Shown: in pieces, positions 46,836-50,851 of the stretch
Layout: each line of letters starts with the position of its first letter
Position numbering within the stretch: the first letter of the stretch is position 1
NCBI GenBank assembly: GCA_035437965.1
Contig: DAOMZC010000001.1
Location: forward strand, 1 to 50,851
Source: Pseudomonadota bacterium
Lineage (GTDB): Bacteria > Myxococcota_A > Polyangia > Palsa-1104 > JAEUJZ01
Direction of reading: 5' to 3'
DNA length: 50,851 bases
The notes under the pieces: model-generated
Seen by the model: only the letters and a program-made list of their open reading frames with translations
Database searches by the model: none
What the model was told of the DNA's origin: nothing
Made by a program: the position numbers and the translations under genes

Positions 46836-47624
46836 CTAGCAGCTGAGCCCTCCGTCGATGGCGATGGTCTGTCCGGTGATGAAGCTCGCCTCGGGCGACA
46901 TGAGGAAGCGAACGAGCCCCAGCATGTCTTCCATGGTGCCGAGCCGGCCAAGCGGGGTGCGGCGGACGATCCGGTCGAGCTGCGCTTCCCCCAGCAGGTC
47001 GCGCGCGCCGTCGCTGAGGAAGTAGCCCGGGGCCACCGAGTTGACGCGGATTCCCGCCGGTCCCATCTCGCGCGCCAGGCTGCGCGTCAGGCCGTCGATC
47101 GCCCCCTTGGTCGCGCTGTAGACCGAGATCCCGGCATTGCCGCGCAGGCCATTTACCGACGAGATATTGATGATGCAGCCGCGCCGCTGCTGCAGCATGC
47201 TCTTGAGGCAGCTCTGGGTCAGGTAGATCGGCGACTCGAGGTTGATCTTCAGCTGGCTGTCGATGTCATCGCTGCGCATCATGGTGAGGATGTTTTCCAC
47301 CACGATCGCCGCGTTGTTGATGAGGACATCGACCTTGCCGTAGCGACGGATCACGGCGCGCGCAAAGCTCTGCACTCCCTGCACGTCGATGGCGTCGATG
47401 GCCTGCCAGTAGAAGCTATCGCCTTTCTCATCGCGGGCCAGGCAGTGCGCGATATACGGCGTCTGCGTCCGGCTGAAAGTAGCGACTATGTGACCGCGTC
47501 CAAGCAGGTCGGCGACCAGCGTCTGCCCGAGGCCCTTGCTGCCGCCGCTGACGATGACGACCTGCCGGGCGGCGGTGGGAGGTGAGTCTGGCCAGGCCGG
47601 CGATGGGGGCTGTACGGGTTGCAT
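46836..47624 (-). CDS. Classical short-chain dehydrogenase/reductase (FabG-like)
   Basis: 262 aa. Rossmann motif VSGGSKGLGQTL, NNAA, and the catalytic SS...YSATKGA (S...YxxxK). About 20-aa Pro-rich N-terminal extension. Confidence 0.85.
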   Translation of the reverse strand: MQPVQPPSPAWPDSPPTAARQVVIVSGGSKGLGQTLVADLLGRGHIVATFSRTQTPYIAHCLARDEKGDSFYWQAIDAIDVQGVQSFARAVIRRYGKVDVLINNAAIVVENILTMMRSDDIDSQLKINLESPIYLTQSCLKSMLQQRRGCIINISSVNGLRGNAGISVYSATKGAIDGLTRSLAREMGPAGIRVNSVAPGYFLSDGARDLLGEAQLDRIVRRTPLGRLGTMEDMLGLVRFLMSPEASFITGQTIAIDGGLSC

Positions 47625-47636
47625 GGGAACGCGCTC

Positions 47637-49061
47637 CTAGCTGGCGGTGCGGATCTTCTTGAAGCGTTCGTTGTGCAGGGGCTGCCCGGCAACGCGCACG
47701 ATGGCTGGTACTTTGAACGCGGGCAGCTGGGACTGGCAGAAGGAACGAACGCGCTGCTCGACCGCCGCGGGCTCCTCGGGCTGGTCGAGGGTGACGGTCG
47801 CGGTGACGATGTTGCCGACGATGGCGTTGGCCTTGCCCTTGACGGTTACGTCTTTGATGTTCGCAACCTGCAGGACCACGTTTTCGATCTCGGCCGGGAA
47901 CACTTTCTCACCGCCGACGTTTATGATCTCGCTCTTTCGTCCGAGGATGCGGACATACTCCCCGTCCACTTCCACCATGTCGCCGGTGTTGAGCCAGCCG
48001 TCTGCTTCGAAGGGATTGGGCGCGTTCAGATAGCCGAGCATCGCCTTGGGCGAGCGCACCCAGAGCTGCCCATCAATCACCTTGGTCTCGATTCCTTCGC
48101 CGTCAATCTTGATCCATAGCGAGCCCGCCGCCTGCGACTTGAGCCGCAGCGGCGGCCCTTCGGAGAACGCGTAGGTCTGCTGCAGCCGCACCCCGGGCAG
48201 GACCGCCTGCAGCTGCTGCAGCGTGCTCTCGGGCATCACTTCGGTGCCGTAGGTGAGCAGCTTGAGCGAAGACAGATCGTAGCGCCGGTAGGCTTCCGAG
48301 ATCAGCAGCAGCTTGAGGAAGGTGGGCGAGGTGGGGAGCAGCTCGACGCGGTGGGCGGCGACCGCCTGGCAAACGGTCTCGGGATCGCGCGCCGCCAGCG
48401 GGATCATCGTGCCGCCGCTCGACAGCACATAGAGCAGGGTGTTTATCCCGCCCAGGTGATCGAAGCTGAGGAACGTAATCGTGCACATGCTGCGCCGCTG
48501 CTCACGATAGGTCTCCATGAACTTGCTTAGATCGTGCAGGATGGCCTTGGGCTTGCCCGTCGAGCCCGAGGTGAACGCGATCAGTCCGGGGGTGCCGCTC
48601 GCGCGCAGGCGCGCGACCAGAGGATGCGGGGTCTGGCCGGCGCGGCTCTGTACTTGCCAGCGCTCGTCGTCACCCATCAATAGGAAATCGATGTCCGCTG
48701 CGGTATTGCCAGAGGGCGGCGCCGGGCTCTGGGAAGGAGTCGGGAGCTGCGTAAGCACCACGTCGGCCGCCACCGCCGCGAACAGCTCTTCGTGCTGCGC
48801 CGCCGTCGCCATGGTCAGCGGCACCAGGGTCGCGCCGTGCTTGATGAGAGCCAGGATCAGGGCACAGGCATAAGGGGTGAAGTCCGCGCGCACCACCACG
48901 GTCTGCCCGGGCAGAATCTGCCGCGCCGCAAAGCCGCGCTGCCAGCCGGCCCCCATTTCCAGCAGCTCGGCGTAGGTCGTCGTCCGCGCCCCACGGATCA
49001 TCGCCTGGCGCTTCGGCCACTGAGCCATCCGTTCGAATATCCAGTCGGTTCTCATGGACAT
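47637..49061 (-). CDS. ANL-superfamily acyl-AMP/acyl-ACP (or CoA) ligase, stand-alone
   Basis: 474 aa. AFTSGSTGKPKAILH (A3), LLTYGTEVMP and QTYAFSEG (A5 region), WLNTGDMV (A7), GRKSEIINVGGEKVFPAEIE (A8), and a C-terminal ...ERFKKIR lysine. First gene of the operon. Met3 (49055) is an alternative start. Confidence 0.85.
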   Translation of the reverse strand: MSMRTDWIFERMAQWPKRQAMIRGARTTTYAELLEMGAGWQRGFAARQILPGQTVVVRADFTPYACALILALIKHGATLVPLTMATAAQHEELFAAVAADVVLTQLPTPSQSPAPPSGNTAADIDFLLMGDDERWQVQSRAGQTPHPLVARLRASGTPGLIAFTSGSTGKPKAILHDLSKFMETYREQRRSMCTITFLSFDHLGGINTLLYVLSSGGTMIPLAARDPETVCQAVAAHRVELLPTSPTFLKLLLISEAYRRYDLSSLKLLTYGTEVMPESTLQQLQAVLPGVRLQQTYAFSEGPPLRLKSQAAGSLWIKIDGEGIETKVIDGQLWVRSPKAMLGYLNAPNPFEADGWLNTGDMVEVDGEYVRILGRKSEIINVGGEKVFPAEIENVVLQVANIKDVTVKGKANAIVGNIVTATVTLDQPEEPAAVEQRVRSFCQSQLPAFKVPAIVRVAGQPLHNERFKKIRTAS

Positions 49062-49181
49062 GGTTCTACTGACGCTGCCAAGGGTGACGTTTCTACACCA
49101 GGCCGGCCGAGGCGTCTACCGCTGATTTCGCGAATTCCTAGTTTTTCCCGGCACTTGCGAGCCGCAGGCGCTCGTTTACTA

Positions 49182-49217
49182 ATATCGGGGATACCGGGGA
49201 TACCGGCGATACCGACC
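49182..49217. repeat. 4 x 9-bp direct repeats (ATAyC-GGsG) in the 216-bp region upstream of the first operon gene
   Basis: atatcgggg ataccgggg ataccggcg ataccgacc, at 121-156 nt upstream of the ligase ATG (49061). The SVSPVSPVSP run in the 49138..49344 shadow ORF is a translation of this repeat. Confidence 0.75.
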
Positions 49218-49277
49218 AGTGGGCATCGTTCGGCGGGACTTCATCAGCCAGCGTCCTGAACACCAGTCCAAGACCGC

Positions 49278-49640
49278 TCAATCGGTACAGCCATGTCCGG
49301 CGCCATATGCGGCAGCGCCCTGCGAGCGCTCGGGGCAAGCGCATGGATCGTCATCGCAGAAGTGGCCGCACCACGCGGCATTCGAGTACCGCCAGCACGG
49401 ATAGTAGCGCTCGACCGCAAGCCACAGGACCACAAGCCACACGATTCCCGCGCCCGCCCAGAGCCCCAGCGCCGGCCACCCCAGCGCCCGCCAGCCGACC
49501 GCCAGCCCAGCAACAAAGAACCCGATCCACGCGACGATCCGCCAGTCCAGACCGACGGGCAAACCTCCGAACGCGAGAAGCGCGAACGGCGACAGCGCAA
49601 ACGCCGCGGCGCACCCAAGTGCGAGTCTCATCGTATTCAT
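49278..49640 (-). CDS. Small membrane protein with a Cys/His-rich C-terminal tail; function unknown
   Basis: 120 aa. Three hydrophobic helices (LALGCAAAFALSPFALLAFGG; IVAWIGFFVAGLAVGW; LGLWAGAGIVWLVVLWLAV), then YYPCWRYSNAAWCGHFCDDDPCACPE. Third-position G/C is high in this frame but not in the overlapping frames. Confidence 0.55.
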   Translation of the reverse strand: MNTMRLALGCAAAFALSPFALLAFGGLPVGLDWRIVAWIGFFVAGLAVGWRALGWPALGLWAGAGIVWLVVLWLAVERYYPCWRYSNAAWCGHFCDDDPCACPERSQGAAAYGAGHGCTD

Positions 49641-49926
49641 TGTCGTACCATGTCGTAGGCTCGCGAGAGCCGCAAATTGTCTGGCGGGCTCGATTTCCCC
49701 GATTCCATTGAGCGCCGGTGAACCGAGTGCAGACCCGGGTTACCTGTCCTGTCGAAGTTGCTGTGGCGCGCCGCTCGGTCCGCCGGCAGCCGCGGCAGAC
49801 CCTCCGGGACGGCGGCTGAGTATCCGGCGATTAGAAAATGGCGTAGACGAATCAGGACCTTGAGAAATCGAGACAGCGGACTTGATGAAGGCTTGCCTCG
49901 GTGAGATACGCCAGTAAGATACTTGA

Positions 49927-50619
49927 ATGAAAAAAACTCTGGCACGATTTCTTTTTTCCCCATTGTTCACTTCCTTCCTACTCCTGCCACTGGGGCCGTT
50001 GTCGGGCTGCCAGCCGGCCCCCGGTGAGTCAGTGGAAATTCCGCTGCGCGATCCGCTTGCCTGGCCAGCCTGCGTATCCCGCACATCCTGGTGCTATAAA
50101 GTAGGAGATTTCCGCCCGGCCAGCGCTGTCGATTACCTCGAGCTGAGGTCCCGGGACGACGGTTCCACGCCAGGTGATTGCGTGGCGGACTCGATCGGTA
50201 CCAAGTGTGAAAAGGCCACCGATCCAAGAAAATGCAAGGGGGCGCTGCTCAGCACCGAGCCCGCCTGGAACTATCTTCGCTCAGGCTATCTTACCCTGTA
50301 CACAACTGCTGGCGATCGGGTGCAGTCGGTCTCGTTGCTTCGCGACTCGCTTACGCCTTTCTTGGTCCCGATTGACTCCGCGCAGGAGGCGGCTTTTCTC
50401 GCCAGCGGCGCCGGGTACTTTGTCGACTGCGCCGCGCCCATGGACCAGGTCGTCCGGAGCGTCGCTGGGGGCTATGAGGTCATCGGCACGACTGGCAGCG
50501 CCTGCGGGCCGGACCAGGATGTCTATCGCCATAAGCTGCTCATCGGCCCGGATGGCAGCATCACCGATGAGCAGTCTGAGCTGATTAAGATGACCGACGT
50601 CTCCTGCATCATCGACTAA
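49927..50619 (+). CDS. Putative lipoprotein, Cys-rich; function unknown
   Basis: 230 aa. Signal peptide MKKTLARFLFSPLFTSFLLLPLGPLSGC with an LSGC lipobox. Nine further Cys residues in the mature part. No recognisable catalytic motif. Confidence 0.6.
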   Translation: MKKTLARFLFSPLFTSFLLLPLGPLSGCQPAPGESVEIPLRDPLAWPACVSRTSWCYKVGDFRPASAVDYLELRSRDDGSTPGDCVADSIGTKCEKATDPRKCKGALLSTEPAWNYLRSGYLTLYTTAGDRVQSVSLLRDSLTPFLVPIDSAQEAAFLASGAGYFVDCAAPMDQVVRSVAGGYEVIGTTGSACGPDQDVYRHKLLIGPDGSITDEQSELIKMTDVSCIID

Positions 50620-50627
50620 GACCGCCG

Positions 50628-50675
50628 CCCGCGCCGTGGCCAACCCGCGCCGTGGCTAACCCGCGCCGTGGCTAA
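50628..50675. repeat. 3 x 16-bp perfect or near-perfect tandem repeat, beginning 8 nt after the lipoprotein stop codon
   Basis: cccgcgccgtggccaa / cccgcgccgtggctaa / cccgcgccgtggctaa at 50628..50643, 50644..50659 and 50660..50675. Confidence 0.85.
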
Positions 50676-50799
50676 ATAGAGATAAGGCAGCCTGGGTCAT
50701 GATCCTGGGTACTGGGTCCGGATCGCCAGTGAGCGGAAAACAGCTATCATCGCCCAGGACTTCCGCAGCCCCAGTGCTTAGCTTTCAGGACTTCGCGGC

Positions 50800-50851
50800 G
50801 ACTGCGGAACGCCTTTTCCTGCTTCTGCGACGGACGTAACGTTCTTGCCGA
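50800..50851. repeat. Right copy of the 52-bp direct repeat (partner 1..52)
   Basis: See the feature at 1..52: 43/52 identical, ungapped. An 8-bp complement pair ttccgcag (50761..50768) / ctgcggaa (50802..50809) bridges into the repeat. Confidence 0.8.

Noticed and set aside
49138-49344. 68-aa minus ORF containing SVSPVSPVSP
   Set aside because: The repetitive peptide is a translation of the 9-bp DNA repeat array in the operon upstream region, and there is no other coding signal.
50628-50675. Possibility that the tandem repeats are a CRISPR array
   Set aside because: The units are contiguous with no spacers, only 16 bp long and only three in number, and no cas genes are present.

Overview
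High-GC bacterial window (about two-thirds G+C by eye) dominated by one roughly 40-kb minus-strand biosynthetic operon running from 49061 down to 9411. Its genes are tightly packed, with overlapping or near-abutting stop/start codons at most junctions. In gene order it encodes: an ANL-family acyl ligase; an SDR; a free ACP; two C-methylating PKS modules (KS-AT-DH-cMT-KR-ACP and KS-AT-DH-cMT-ER-KR-ACP); a KS-AT-ACP-aminotransferase-C-A-T hybrid (the beta-amino-acid logic of mycosubtilin/iturin/microcystin lines); two C-A-T-E NRPS modules (Asn-like and Ile/Val-like specificity codes, extracted by hand); a terminal C-T-TE protein with no adenylation domain; a CurM-type sulfotransferase with a serine-less carrier-protein-like N-terminal domain; and a CCR-like MDR oxidoreductase. 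A heme-oxygenase-like diiron oxidase (HDO) gene follows after a 94-bp AT-rich gap. Further left are an Oar-type TonB-dependent receptor, an AmpG/RhtX/FptX-like MFS permease and, convergent on the plus strand, two overlapping PvdE/SyrD/YojI-family ABC exporter genes. On the right flank sit a small Cys-rich membrane protein gene and a Cys-rich lipoprotein gene. I saw no tRNA, rRNA, CRISPR array, transposase, integrase, transcription regulator, PPTase, MbtH-like or type II thioesterase gene. Non-coding signals: the first and last 52 bp of the window are direct repeats of each other (43/52 identical); a 4 x 9-bp direct-repeat array lies upstream of the operon; an AT-rich near-palindrome lies upstream of the MFS gene; and a 3 x 16-bp tandem repeat follows the lipoprotein gene. 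I cannot match this combination of genes to any characterised cluster I know. The oddities worth follow-up are the A-less terminal module, the free-standing sulfotransferase with its pseudo-carrier domain, the HDO, the non-canonical third AT, a DH lacking its catalytic Asp and a KR with His in place of the catalytic Tyr. All domain calls are motif reading by eye; no HMM or database search was possible. The taxon cannot be assigned, although the TubC-type docking domain, the Oar-like receptor and the cMT-plus-malonyl-AT logic are reminiscent of Myxococcota-like Gram-negatives.
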